DNA of 64,000 nt from Nannocystis sp. RBIL2. Its GTDB lineage: Bacteria; Myxococcota_A; Polyangia; Nannocystales; Nannocystaceae. Shown one piece after another: positions 1-9,345 of this stretch. Numbering within the stretch: the stretch's first letter is position 1; each line of letters starts with the position of its first letter. A model generated the notes under the pieces. That model ran no database searches. It was not told the DNA's origin and saw nothing but the letters and a program-made list of their open reading frames with translations. The stretch covers positions 1,126,151 to 1,190,150 of the forward strand of contig NZ_JAPNJW010000002.1 in the NCBI RefSeq assembly GCF_026626745.1, written 5' to 3'. The position numbers were made by a program, and so were the translations under genes.

Positions 1-139
1 AGTCTGCGAATTTCACCTGTCTCTCGGGTCAGTCCTCGAAACCGCGACGCCGACACCTCTGCCTCATCTGTCCCTCAAGACACCTCGCTCCGCCCGCCCC
101 ACCCGACCTTCGCGGTCGCAGGCGCACCCGCGGACCGTC

Positions 140-625
140 TCACATCAGCCGCTTGCGCATCGCCACGCAGCGCTGCGGCGATCTCGAGCCGCTGTCGCGG
201 CTGTCGCGGCGCCAGCCGAGCCGCTCGTAGAAGCCGACGGCGTTGAGCGTGGCCGACAAGCGCAGCTCCGCGGCGCCGAACGCTCGGGCGACTCGCTCGA
301 CGCGCTGCATCAGCCGCAGGCCGAGCCCGCCGCCGGTCGCCCCCGGGCTGACGTACATCGCTCGCACCTCGCGGGTCGCCAGGCGGACGGCCGCGAACGC
401 CACCACTTGCCCGGCGCGCTCGGCCACGTAGACCGTCGATGAGCGCAGCATGCGGTCGTACAGCCCCGGGCTCGGCGCGAGCCACTGCTCGATCGCCTGC
501 GGCGAGTAGTGGCCGGCGCACAGCGCTCGCACCGAGGCAGCATGGACCGTGGCGATCGCGGCGAGGTCAGCAGGCCGCGCCAGCCGGATCGACGGCGCCC
601 GCACCGCATGAGTGTACACTTGGAC
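140..625 (-). CDS. GNAT family N-acetyltransferase
   Basis: ORF 140..697, likely GTG start near 625. The translation has a GNAT acetyl-CoA binding core (VYVAERAGQVVAFAAV…MYVSPGATGGGLGLRLM…FYERLGW). Confidence 0.65.
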   Translation of the reverse strand, partial: VQVYTHAVRAPSIRLARPADLAAIATVHAASVRALCAGHYSPQAIEQWLAPSPGLYDRMLRSSTVYVAERAGQVVAFAAVRLATREVRAMYVSPGATGGGLGLRLMQRVERVARAFGAAELRLSATLNAVGFYERLGWRRDSRDSGSRSPQRCVAMRKRLM

Positions 626-642
626 CAGGAGTAATTCGCACC

Positions 643-1347
643 ATGCATCACCACGGCATCCTGGCGCTCGGCGTCGCTGGCCTGCTCTTCGCCGCATGCG
701 GCCCCGGGACAGCGAGCAAGGCCGAGCCCGCCCCTGCTCCGAGCAAAGTCGCCGCGCCCCCGCCGGCCGAGGCCAAACCGGCTCCGCCGCCCGCGCCCGC
801 GCCCGTCGGCCCTGGCCAGCTCGACACCGATCTCGTGCGCGCCGCCGGCACGGCCCAGGGTGTCGAGAAGATCAAGGTCGAGCTCGAGAAGGACGGCTCG
901 GTGCGCTACCTGTCCGTCTATCACCAGGACGCCGCCGCGGTGCCCGAGGCCGTGCGCAAGCAGCTCGACGCGACCTACCCCGGCGCCAAGGTGCTGCGCT
1001 ACGAGACCGAACACGTGGTCCCGCATGGCCGCCTGCACGAGGTCGAGGTCGAGACCGCCGACAAGCAACAGTGCGAGCTCAGCGCGAGGGCCGACGGCGG
1101 CGTCGTCTACACCGAGTGCCACATCGACGCCAAGGCCCTCCCCGAGCCCGTGCGCGCCGCGTTCGACAAGGCCCACCCCGGCGTTGCGATCAAGGAGGTC
1201 GAGAAGAAGACCCTCACCGGCGCCGGCGACGAGTACGAGATCGAGTTCGAGACCGGCGGTCGCCTGCACGAGCTCTACTTCAAGCCCGACGGCACCGTGA
1301 TCCGCCACGAGCTGGTGGTCCCTGCCGTCATCGAGGTCCCGGCCTAG
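643..1347 (+). CDS. PepSY-like lipoprotein (two tandem PepSY-like/DUF repeats)
   Basis: ATG at 643 gives MHHHGILALGVAGLLFAACG, a lipobox. The protein has an Ala/Pro-rich linker followed by two repeats of the YLSVYHQD… / YFKPDGTVIRHE type. Confidence 0.55.
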   Translation: MHHHGILALGVAGLLFAACGPGTASKAEPAPAPSKVAAPPPAEAKPAPPPAPAPVGPGQLDTDLVRAAGTAQGVEKIKVELEKDGSVRYLSVYHQDAAAVPEAVRKQLDATYPGAKVLRYETEHVVPHGRLHEVEVETADKQQCELSARADGGVVYTECHIDAKALPEPVRAAFDKAHPGVAIKEVEKKTLTGAGDEYEIEFETGGRLHELYFKPDGTVIRHELVVPAVIEVPA

Positions 1348-1553
1348 CCTTTCGGACATGCCCCAATAGACAGCTCTCGCACGCCCGGCCGACCGCGCGC
1401 CCCCCGCACTGAAACCGGGAGCTGTCCTTTGGACCAGCTCGACCGAGATCTTCGTCCGTCAGTCCCGGCCGCTAGATGACGGCGACCCAAGCGAGCGCGC
1501 CGCCGCAGGGTCTCCCCCGGGGCGGCGCACTGGCTCAATTTTCGACGCAGGAC

Positions 1554-2075
1554 TCAGTCGTCGCCGTAGTCGTCGTCGCGCCGCCGGCCGCCGCGACCGC
1601 CACGGCCACCGCCGCCGCCGCCGCCACGACCACCGCCGCCGCCGCCGCCGCGACCACCGCCGCCGCCGCCGCCGCCGCCATAGCCGCCGCCGCCGCCGCC
1701 ACGACCACCGCCGCCGCCGCCGAAGTCACGGCCGCCACCGCCGCCACCGCCACCGCGGGGACCACCGCCACCGCCCTGGAAGCCGCCCGACGGGGCACGC
1801 TCGACGAAGGGCCGCGAGGGCCGATCGCTGCGGGCGCGCTCGACCGCGGCATCGCAGCGGATGGTCCGCCCGTCAAGCACCGCGCCGTTCATCGCCTCGA
1901 GAGCGGCACGACCGGCCGTCTCATCGGCGAACGTCACGAACCCGAAACCACGGCTGCGCATGGTCTCCTTGTCCTTGACGACGATCGCCTCGTCGACCTT
2001 ACCGAAGGGTTCAAAGGCCGCGCGCAGGCTCTCGTCGCCCGTCGCCCACGCCAGTCCACCGACGAAAATTTTCAC
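1554..2075 (-). CDS. RRM-domain RNA-binding protein with Gly/Arg-rich (RGG) tail
   Basis: MKIFVGGLAWATGDESLRAAFEPFGKVDEAIVVKDKETMRSRGFGFVTF supplies the RNP2 and RNP1 motifs. The C-terminus is (G)n-R repeats encoded by GCC/GCG-rich DNA at 1560-1800. Confidence 0.85.
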   Translation of the reverse strand: MKIFVGGLAWATGDESLRAAFEPFGKVDEAIVVKDKETMRSRGFGFVTFADETAGRAALEAMNGAVLDGRTIRCDAAVERARSDRPSRPFVERAPSGGFQGGGGGPRGGGGGGGGRDFGGGGGGRGGGGGGYGGGGGGGGGRGGGGGGGRGGGGGGGRGGRGGRRRDDDYGDD

Positions 2076-2388
2076 TTCTGTCTCTCTCCTATTCTCTCTT
2101 CACTGCACGCCACGTCGGCCGTGGCTCGCGGCGCCCTGAGCGGGACCGCGTCGTTGCGTCGACACTCCACAAGCGACACGCCGGACGCACACGTGCGACG
2201 CGACCGGAGGGAGGCCGGCTGCGACCCGGCGGGCTCCGTGAGTGCCGATTGAGGTCATGACCAGGGGCAGGATCCGCCCTCGGCCCGGGCCCTGTCAACC
2301 TCCGCGAACCCCTCCGGCGGCGATTTCACCTCACGCGGCCGGGGCCTGGAATTCACCTCACCCCCTGGAAGTCGGCGGGCCGGCGGCC

Positions 2389-4425
2389 ATGCCGCGCCGA
2401 CCTCCACGGCCCGGTGGATCGCCTCGCAGGCCGGCGCACGCCGAGGTGGGCGTGTCCTCCCCCACAATTGCCGCGCCGGCGGCCCGGGCGGAGGTAGAGT
2501 CCCGCCCCGTGCCGATCGCAAGCCTGCGCCAGGTCGAAAAGAGCTACGGCGTCCGCCGCGTCCTCGCCGGCGTCAACCTCACCTTGATGACCGGCGAGCG
2601 CGTCGGGCTGGTCGGCAACAACGGCTCGGGAAAAACCACTCTGGCGCGGATCCTCGCCGGACTGGACGCCCCCGACGCCGGTGAAGTGGTCCTCCGCCGC
2701 GACGCCGCGATCGCCTACCTCGAGCAGGAGCCGCGCCTCCCACCCGGCCTCACCGCCCTCGAAGCCGTCCTCAGCGGCCTCGGCCAGTGGTCTGCCGCCC
2801 GCGCCCGCTACGACGCGGCCACCGGGAGCCTCGAGGGGGCCTCCGGGGCGGCGATCGACGCCCTGGTGGCCGAGCAGGCGGCCGCCGCCGCGGAGATCGA
2901 GCGCTGCGGAGGTTGGTCGCGGGCGGCGGAGGCCGAGTCGTACCTCGCGCGCCTCGGCGTCCGCGATCCCGCCGCGCCGACCGAGCGCCTCAGCGGCGGC
3001 GAGCGGCGCCGCGTCGCCCTCGCGGCCCTGCTGGCGCGCCGGCCCGACCTCGCGGTGCTCGACGAGCCGACCAACCACCTCGACGTCGCCGCGATCGAGT
3101 GGCTCGAGCGCCACCTCGCCGAGGACTACAGCGGCGCCGTCCTCCTCATCACCCACGATCGCTACATCCTCGACCGCGTGTGCACGCGGACCTTCGAGGT
3201 CGACCGCGGCGAGGTCTACGCCTACGACGGGGGCTTCGGCGCCTACCTCGAGGCCAAGGCCGAGCGCATGGCCCACGCCCAGCGCACCGAGGCCAACCGC
3301 CAGAACTTCCTCCGCCGCGAGCTCGAGTGGTTGCGGCGCCAGCCCAAGGCGCGGACCACCAAGCAGACCGCGCGCGTCAACCGGGCCGAGGCCGAGCTGG
3401 CCAAGTCGGGCCCGCAGCGCGACCGTCGGGTCGAGCTGTCCCTCGAGGCAGCTCGCAGCGGCAAGACGATCCTCGAGCTGCGCGGCGTCACCCTCGAGCT
3501 CGGCCGCGTGCTCGTCCGCGACTTCACCCTCGCGCTCAACCAGGGCGAGCGGATCGGCGTCGTCGGCCCCAACGGCAGCGGCAAGACCACCTTGCTGCGC
3601 TCGATCGTCGGCCAGCTTCCTCCGACCGCCGGCGAGGTCGTCCGCGGCAAGCACACCGCGATCGCCTACCTCGACCAGAACCGCTCCGGCCTCGACGACG
3701 ATCGCAGCGTCTACGACAACATCGCCGAGCGGCGCCGCGGCCTCGAGCTCGGCGGCGGTCACCCGCTCGACATCGCCCGCTACCTCGAGCGCTTCCTCTT
3801 CGACCCGTCCGCCTACGCCCAGAAGGTCGGCTCGCTGTCGGGCGGCGAGCGGGCTCGCGTCGCCCTCGCGGTGCTGTTGTCGGGCGCCTCCAACCTCGTC
3901 CTCCTCGACGAGCCGACCAACGACCTCGACGTCGCCACCCTCGGCGCGGTCGAGGAGATGCTGCTCGACTTCGCCGGCGCCGCGATCATCGTCACGCACG
4001 ATCGCTGGTTCCTCGATCGTGTCGCCACCTCGATCCTCGCCTTCGAGGGCGACGGCAAGGTCGTGCGCCACCACGGCAACTACAGCGACTACCTCGAGCG
4101 CCTGGCCGAGACCGAAGCGGCCGCCGAACCACAGCCCGTCGCACGAACCACGCCTGCGGCCGCCAAGGCCTCTGCGCCCGCCGCGAAGCGCGGCCTCAAC
4201 TACTCCGAGAAGCGCGAGCTCGAGGGGCTCCTCGGCAAGATCGAGGCCGCCGAGGGCGAGGTCCAGGAGCTCGAGGCCAAGCTCGGCGATCCCACCGTCT
4301 ACAGCGCCGGCAAGGACCAGGTCGCGGAGCTGGTGCGCAAGCTCGACACGGCCCGTCAGCGCGCCGCCGCCCTCGTCACGCGCTGGGAGGAGCTCGAGCA
4401 GCGGAGCGCGGACGCCGGGGCCTGA
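2389..4425 (+). CDS. ABC-F family ATPase (two ABC domains, Uup/EttA-like)
   Basis: Two Walker A motifs ([18 protein letters not shown]) and two LSGGE signature motifs, with a C-terminal coiled coil. The ORF opens at 2242 but the true start is probably ATG 2389 or GTG 2508; the N-terminus is uncertain. Confidence 0.85.
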   Translation: MPRRPPRPGGSPRRPAHAEVGVSSPTIAAPAARAEVESRPVPIASLRQVEKSYGVRRVLAGVNLTLMTGERVGLVGNNGSGKTTLARILAGLDAPDAGEVVLRRDAAIAYLEQEPRLPPGLTALEAVLSGLGQWSAARARYDAATGSLEGASGAAIDALVAEQAAAAAEIERCGGWSRAAEAESYLARLGVRDPAAPTERLSGGERRRVALAALLARRPDLAVLDEPTNHLDVAAIEWLERHLAEDYSGAVLLITHDRYILDRVCTRTFEVDRGEVYAYDGGFGAYLEAKAERMAHAQRTEANRQNFLRRELEWLRRQPKARTTKQTARVNRAEAELAKSGPQRDRRVELSLEAARSGKTILELRGVTLELGRVLVRDFTLALNQGERIGVVGPNGSGKTTLLRSIVGQLPPTAGEVVRGKHTAIAYLDQNRSGLDDDRSVYDNIAERRRGLELGGGHPLDIARYLERFLFDPSAYAQKVGSLSGGERARVALAVLLSGASNLVLLDEPTNDLDVATLGAVEEMLLDFAGAAIIVTHDRWFLDRVATSILAFEGDGKVVRHHGNYSDYLERLAETEAAAEPQPVARTTPAAAKASAPAAKRGLNYSEKRELEGLLGKIEAAEGEVQELEAKLGDPTVYSAGKDQVAELVRKLDTARQRAAALVTRWEELEQRSADAGA

Positions 4426-4506
4426 CGTCGCGGCGCGGCCGGCGTCCCGCGCGTCCGCGGACTTTATCCGCTTGGGTGTCCGCGCAACTGCTTCTATCCT
4501 GCCCTC

Positions 4507-5877
4507 GTGCCCCGCCTCGCTCTGGTCGCGCCGTTCGCCCTCGTCCTCGCCTCAGGCCCCCTCCTCGTCGACACCGCGCAGGCCGGCCCGGTCCAGTTCG
4601 TCGAGCAGCGCAAGAACTTCATGGTGTTCGACGACGACGGCACCGTCGAGCACGCCAACTGGTTCTCGCGCACCGGCTTCTATAACGGCTACAACCCGCT
4701 CGAAGAGGGCTTCCTCGCCGCGCACCCGGACGACGCCCAGTTCATCGTCGTCTACTCGACCTTCAACCTCGTCGACGGCGTCGGCGCCTTCTATCAGGCG
4801 CTCGCCAACGACGTCGCCGGCATCGGCTACTCGCACGCCGCCGACTTCGACCCGGTGATCCCGGCCGAGTTCTTCGACGACACCCCGAACAGCCAGTTCA
4901 TCGGCATGCTGCACATGAACAACTGGCGGAAGTTCATCAAGACCGGCACCGAAGAGATCGACGACTGGTGGATCTCGCTGGTGTTCGGCCAGGAGCTGGG
5001 CCACGCGTGGCTGGCCTTCCCGCACGTCGCCGGCGGCGGCAACACCGAGCTGCTGCTCGGCCGCTCGCAGGCCCACTGGAACTTCTACATGCACACCAAC
5101 GGCTCGCCGGTCGAGGGCCACCGCTGGACCGACAACGGCGACGGCACCTTCACCGCGGACAAGCTCGACCAGTTCGAGTTCAGCGACCTCGACCTCTATC
5201 TCATGGGCCTCATGGACCCCTCCGAGGTGAAGCCGTGGTTCGTCATCGAGGACCCGCACGACTGCGTCGACTCCGCGCTGCCCAACCAGGCCTGCCCCGA
5301 ACCCAACTCGTTCCTCTTCAAGGCCGAGAGCTTCACCGTCAGCGGCACGCGGCGCGACGTCACCGTCGAAGAGGTGATCCAGGCCGAGGGCGAGCGCGTC
5401 CCCGCCTACCCCGACGCTCCCAACGAGTTCGGCATCTCCTTCGTCCTCCTCAAGCGCCCGGACGAGGTCCTGTGCGAGGAGGAGTACGCAGTCATCGACG
5501 AGATCGTCGACCGCTCGATCAATATGTGGGTCGGCCAGACCCGCGGCCGCGCCAACATCATCAACCGCACCTTCAGCGCCGACCCGATCCGCCCCGGCGT
5601 GTTCTGCGAGGCCGGCACCACCACCGGCAGCGACGACACTGGCGCCGATCCGACCGGCAGCGACGACACGGGCCCGACCGAGCCGACCACCACCGCCACC
5701 ACTGCTCCGACCACCTCGAGCAGCAGCAGCAGCGGCGGCCGCGACGAGGACAGCGACGGCGACACCAGCGGCAGCAACACCGACAGCGGCTGCGGCTGCC
5801 GCTCCCACGAGCCCGCCCCAGCCCTCGCCCTGCTGCTCGCCCTCGCTGCCATGCGTCGCCGCCGCGAACGCACCTGA
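4507..5877 (+). CDS. secreted protein with C-terminal MYXO-CTERM-type sorting signal
   Basis: N-terminal signal peptide ([26 protein letters not shown]). There is a Thr/Ser/Asp-rich linker, and the C-terminus is [29 protein letters not shown] (Cys motif, hydrophobic helix, Arg cluster). Confidence 0.7.
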   Translation: MPRLALVAPFALVLASGPLLVDTAQAGPVQFVEQRKNFMVFDDDGTVEHANWFSRTGFYNGYNPLEEGFLAAHPDDAQFIVVYSTFNLVDGVGAFYQALANDVAGIGYSHAADFDPVIPAEFFDDTPNSQFIGMLHMNNWRKFIKTGTEEIDDWWISLVFGQELGHAWLAFPHVAGGGNTELLLGRSQAHWNFYMHTNGSPVEGHRWTDNGDGTFTADKLDQFEFSDLDLYLMGLMDPSEVKPWFVIEDPHDCVDSALPNQACPEPNSFLFKAESFTVSGTRRDVTVEEVIQAEGERVPAYPDAPNEFGISFVLLKRPDEVLCEEEYAVIDEIVDRSINMWVGQTRGRANIINRTFSADPIRPGVFCEAGTTTGSDDTGADPTGSDDTGPTEPTTTATTAPTTSSSSSSGGRDEDSDGDTSGSNTDSGCGCRSHEPAPALALLLALAAMRRRRERT

Positions 5878-6209
5878 CCGAAGCGACCGCGGGCGAAGGA
5901 CGTGAAGAGGCGCCTGTTCGGCGGCCAACCCTGGCCGTCGAACAGGCGCCGAGCAACGTGTCCCGAAGGACATCCTCCACCGAGACCGACAGTGTCGGCC
6001 CCCTCACGGCCGCAGCCGTGCATGGGATCGGCTGACCGACCGAGGCCGGCGTCCTACCGCGAGGTCCAGTCGGCAACACGTGAAGTCCAGCGCTCCGATC
6101 TTCGCTGGCCCCCGTCGATTGACCCCGAGCCTCACATGACCCGAAGGCCATGTCCCAAACTTTTTTTTTCACCCGCAGCGCCGCAGTGGCGCCTCACATG
6201 ACCTGAAGG

Positions 6210-6497
6210 TCAGATCGCCATCAGCACCGGCACCGGGTGCATGTGGAACGCGCCCGGCACCGGGCACGCCCCCACCCGCGCCGCGCGGCGGGCCGTGAAG
6301 TGCATGATGGTGGCGCGCAGCTCGTCGCTGTTCGGCTTGAGCAGCGTCGCCACGTACTGGTAGCCGATATCCTCGAAGTCGTCCTCCGGCTCTGCGTGGC
6401 ACAGATAGCCGCGGCGATCGAGCCAGAGAGTGCGATGGCCGTGGTACTGCGCGAGTTCATCGACGAGACGGGCGACCTGCGGTTCGAGCGACACCAT
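6210..6497 (-). CDS. hypothetical small protein
   Basis: ORF with internal ATG start (MVSLEPQVARLVDEL…). It lies tail-to-head with the BtuF-like gene. No recognisable family. Confidence 0.35.
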   Translation of the reverse strand: MVSLEPQVARLVDELAQYHGHRTLWLDRRGYLCHAEPEDDFEDIGYQYVATLLKPNSDELRATIMHFTARRAARVGACPVPGAFHMHPVPVLMAI

Positions 6498-6551
6498 GGG
6501 TGCAGCCTTTACACACCTCGATCGCCGCCGCAAAAAATCGGCGCTCCGCGA

Positions 6552-7700
6552 TCACAGACTGGCGATCGCGCGCGCCATGATGCGTGCCGCCTCGAGCATG
6601 TGCGGTCCCGGTCGACCCGAGTAGCGCTCGTCGAGCTTCACCACGCGGCCGGCGCGGGCCGCTCGCAGCGCCGCGAGTCCGGGCCGGTGGATCAAGTTGT
6701 CCGGGTCGAGCTTGTCGACCGCCACCCCGCACCACGACACGAAGCAGATGTCCGGGTCGGCCGCGACCAGCTCGGCCGGCGTGATCTCGAGGCTCGCGCC
6801 GGGCCGGTCGGCGAACACGTTGACCCCCCCGGCCAGGTCGATGAGGTTGTTGCTGAAGCACGCGGCCCCGGGGGTGAACATCGGCCGCGGCCACCACTCG
6901 AGGTAGACCCTCGCCGGCCGCGGCGGCCGACGCTCGCGCAGCGCGGCCGCCTCGGCCTCCATCGCCGCCACCACTTCTTCGGCGCGGCCCGGCACCGCGA
7001 GGTCCGCCCCGGCCAGGCGCACCTCGGCGATCACGTCGGCGATCGATCGCGGCGCCAGCACCCGCTGCGGCACCCCCCGCGCGCGCAGCCCGGTGACGAT
7101 CCGCTCCATCCCCGGCACCGAGAGCGAGCTGAACACAAGGTCAGGTCGCAGCTCGGCCACGCGATCCAGATCCGGCCCGAGGTCCGGCCCGAGGCGCTCG
7201 CACCTGGCCGTCTCCGGCGGCGAGTCCGACGAGTCCTCGCACGCGACCACGCGGTCGAAGCAGCCCAGGCTGGCCACCAGCTCGGCGTTCGACGGCGCCA
7301 GAGTGATGACCTTTCGGACAGCTTGCGAAGCGCTCGAACCGAGGTCGGACAACGTGAATCGTTCCGAGCAGATGGCATGTCCGTCCTCGTCGATCGCACG
7401 AAGCTCGCGAGAGCCGCGCGCGGCGAGCCAGGCGCGGGCCGCGTGGAGCAAGTCGGGGTCCTCCTCGACCGCGGTCCGGGGCAGCACTTGCCGACCCAGC
7501 GAGAACACCGCGACCTGTGCGTGACCTCCGCCGCGCGGCCGGAGCTCGAACGCCTGCACCGCCTCCTCGGCCGCGTGTGGCGGCGGCACCGAGGGCGAGC
7601 GGACGGCCACGAAACGGCGGGTCTCCCACTGATGCTCGGGCTTTCGCACGGTCGGGAGACTGGCTGCTGGATCCAGAAACGGCAAGGGGACCTGCCGCAA
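6552..7700 (-). CDS. cobalamin-binding (BtuF-like, class III periplasmic-binding-fold) protein with N-terminal extension, no signal peptide
   Basis: A C-terminal ~270 aa matches the BtuF/FecB-type fold (VITLAPSNAELVASLG…DLVFSSLSVPG…VYLEWWPRPMFTPGAACFSNNLIDLAGGVNVF…ICFVSWCG). The N-terminal ~110 aa is of unknown function and there is no secretion signal. Confidence 0.55.
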   Translation of the reverse strand: MRQVPLPFLDPAASLPTVRKPEHQWETRRFVAVRSPSVPPPHAAEEAVQAFELRPRGGGHAQVAVFSLGRQVLPRTAVEEDPDLLHAARAWLAARGSRELRAIDEDGHAICSERFTLSDLGSSASQAVRKVITLAPSNAELVASLGCFDRVVACEDSSDSPPETARCERLGPDLGPDLDRVAELRPDLVFSSLSVPGMERIVTGLRARGVPQRVLAPRSIADVIAEVRLAGADLAVPGRAEEVVAAMEAEAAALRERRPPRPARVYLEWWPRPMFTPGAACFSNNLIDLAGGVNVFADRPGASLEITPAELVAADPDICFVSWCGVAVDKLDPDNLIHRPGLAALRAARAGRVVKLDERYSGRPGPHMLEAARIMARAIASL

Positions 7701-7774
7701 CCGGCAAGATTTCTGCCGATTTTGCGGCGCCCGATCCGACTTCGGTTAGAGTGCCGGCACACAGGAGGACCTCT

Positions 7775-8581
7775 ATGGAGATCTCGATCAAGGACGCCGC
7801 CGATTTGCTGGGCAAGAGCGAGCGCACCGTGCGGCACATGGCCCAGACCGGGCGCCTGCCTGCCCGCCGCGTCGGCTCGCGCTGGCTCATCGACCGCGAC
7901 GACCTCATGTCCGGCAAGTACAGCGGCCACGACGGCGACGACGCCGCGGCCGAGGCTGCCGAGACCGCCGAGGCCGAGGCGCCGGCGACCGACGTCCAGG
8001 AGGACAACTTCGACGACGCCGAGGATGCTTCGACCTCGGCCGAGCGCCCCCGCCTGCGGTTCGACCGCGCCCTGCCGCCGGGCACCCCCTCGGTGCGCGC
8101 GCTCGACAGCTTCCACATCGCGGCCGACCTGCTGGCCGAGCTCGGCGAGCTCCGCCGCGACCTCCGCGACGCCTCCCACCTCCGCGACGCCGAGCAGAAC
8201 CTGCGCGGCTTCATCCAGGCGCTGGCCGACGGCATCCACGCCGACCTCGGCGATCAGCCGGAGCGGTTCCGGGCCGCCCGCACCCAGGTGTGCGCCGCGC
8301 TGACCGACCTCATCCACTTCAACGTCACCCACGACAAGCCGGACCTGACCCCGCTCGTCGACCGCATCGAACACGAGCTGCTGAGCTCGTTGCAGGTCCT
8401 CATCGGCACCGCCGACGAGCGCTCGAGCTGGCGCTACCGCGTCCGCGGCCTCGCCGAGCGGACGGCCGCGCGCGTGTTCTCGCGCCTGCGCGGGATCGCC
8501 GGCGAGGGCCGCGTCGGCGCCCGCCTGGCCGCCCTCGAGGAGCGCTTCTTCGGCGCCTCCGCCCCCGTCGCGGTCAACTGA
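7775..8581 (+). CDS. DNA-binding protein with excisionase/MerR-type HTH
   Basis: ATG at 7775. MEISIKDAADLLGKSERTVRHMAQTGRLPARRVGSRWLI is an HTH_17-type motif; the rest is acidic and helical. Confidence 0.55.
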   Translation: MEISIKDAADLLGKSERTVRHMAQTGRLPARRVGSRWLIDRDDLMSGKYSGHDGDDAAAEAAETAEAEAPATDVQEDNFDDAEDASTSAERPRLRFDRALPPGTPSVRALDSFHIAADLLAELGELRRDLRDASHLRDAEQNLRGFIQALADGIHADLGDQPERFRAARTQVCAALTDLIHFNVTHDKPDLTPLVDRIEHELLSSLQVLIGTADERSSWRYRVRGLAERTAARVFSRLRGIAGEGRVGARLAALEERFFGASAPVAVN

Positions 8582-8738
8582 ACGTCGTCCTGGACGAGCG
8601 CGGTCGGGCAGGTCCTTCGGGACATGTCCGGCCGCACATGTTTTTAAAGTCAGGCATCGCGGGCGGCGCGCGCGCGATACGACCTTTTGACTTGTTCGTC
8701 CGCTCGACCCGGATCAGAACTCGGGCGGAGGAACCATC

Positions 8739-9128
8739 ATGCGAATCCCGCCTCCGCGCCTCATCTTCTGGATCGTGGCGGTCTCGTGGATCGGCGGCTG
8801 TACCCCGGGCCCCGGACCCACCGACCCGGACGGACCGATCATCCGCACCCCCGAGCCGAAGCCCGTCTCGCAGCTGCCGGCGCGACAGCTCGCCGCCCTC
8901 GGCGACGCCGCCCTGCTCCCTGCGCCGCAGTGTCACGCCTGCGGCGACAGCAGCTGTGCCCGCAGCACCCCCGACGACGTCTGCTTGGTCCAGTGCAGCA
9001 CCTCGGGTGTGCGCCGCTGGGACCTCGGTCAGCTCGCCGACCAGGAGTGCGACCCCGCCGCGCACAATTTTTGCGAGGCCAACGGCCTCGGCCGCGTCCT
9101 CGACTTCTGTTGGGGCGGCTACTCCTGA
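8739..9128 (+). CDS. small Cys-rich lipoprotein
   Basis: GGAGGAA RBS 6 nt before the ATG. Lipobox IVAVSWIGGC. Ten Cys residues in 129 aa. Confidence 0.6.
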   Translation: MRIPPPRLIFWIVAVSWIGGCTPGPGPTDPDGPIIRTPEPKPVSQLPARQLAALGDAALLPAPQCHACGDSSCARSTPDDVCLVQCSTSGVRRWDLGQLADQECDPAAHNFCEANGLGRVLDFCWGGYS

Positions 9129-9345
9129 GCCTGCGCTCGCTCGCGGCCGCCCGTCGGGTGACTCACTTGCGACCTGTTCGTGAGGACAGGTCGTCGGGCC
9201 TGCCGATCACTCGGCGGACTTGGCCCTCGACGAGCTGGCCGAACCACCTGCCCCTGAGGACAGGGGGTCCGCTCGCGGCGGCCGACGACGCGCTCACCGG
9301 CCGCGAGCGGCACCGGCCCTCGTGAGCCGATGCCGCGCCGCGACC

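Noticed and set aside
310-1359. Long antisense ORFs (e.g. 310-1359 -, 2353-4074 -, 4552-5973 -, 9220-11406 +, 20650-23208 +, 24933-27167 -, the N-terminal 2/3 of 41522-43609 -, 43671-44876 -)
   Set aside because: They are Arg/Ala/Gly/Pro-rich with no motifs, and lie opposite well-supported genes. These are typical shadow ORFs in 70% GC DNA.
1560-1800. GCC/GCG tandem nucleotide repeat as a non-coding microsatellite
   Set aside because: It is in frame within the RRM protein gene and encodes its Gly/Arg-rich tail.
5640-5760. Tandem repeats ggcagcgacgacac…
   Set aside because: This is the coding Thr/Ser/Asp-rich linker of the MYXO-CTERM protein. A similar case is 55900-56160 in the lipoprotein tail.
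4507-5877. Zinc metalloprotease call based on the GQELGH segment
   Set aside because: There is no canonical HEXXH or third ligand, so it was left as an uncharacterised secreted protein.
7701-7774. Cobalamin riboswitch upstream of the BtuF-like gene
   Set aside because: There are only 74 bp of leader, and no B12-box.
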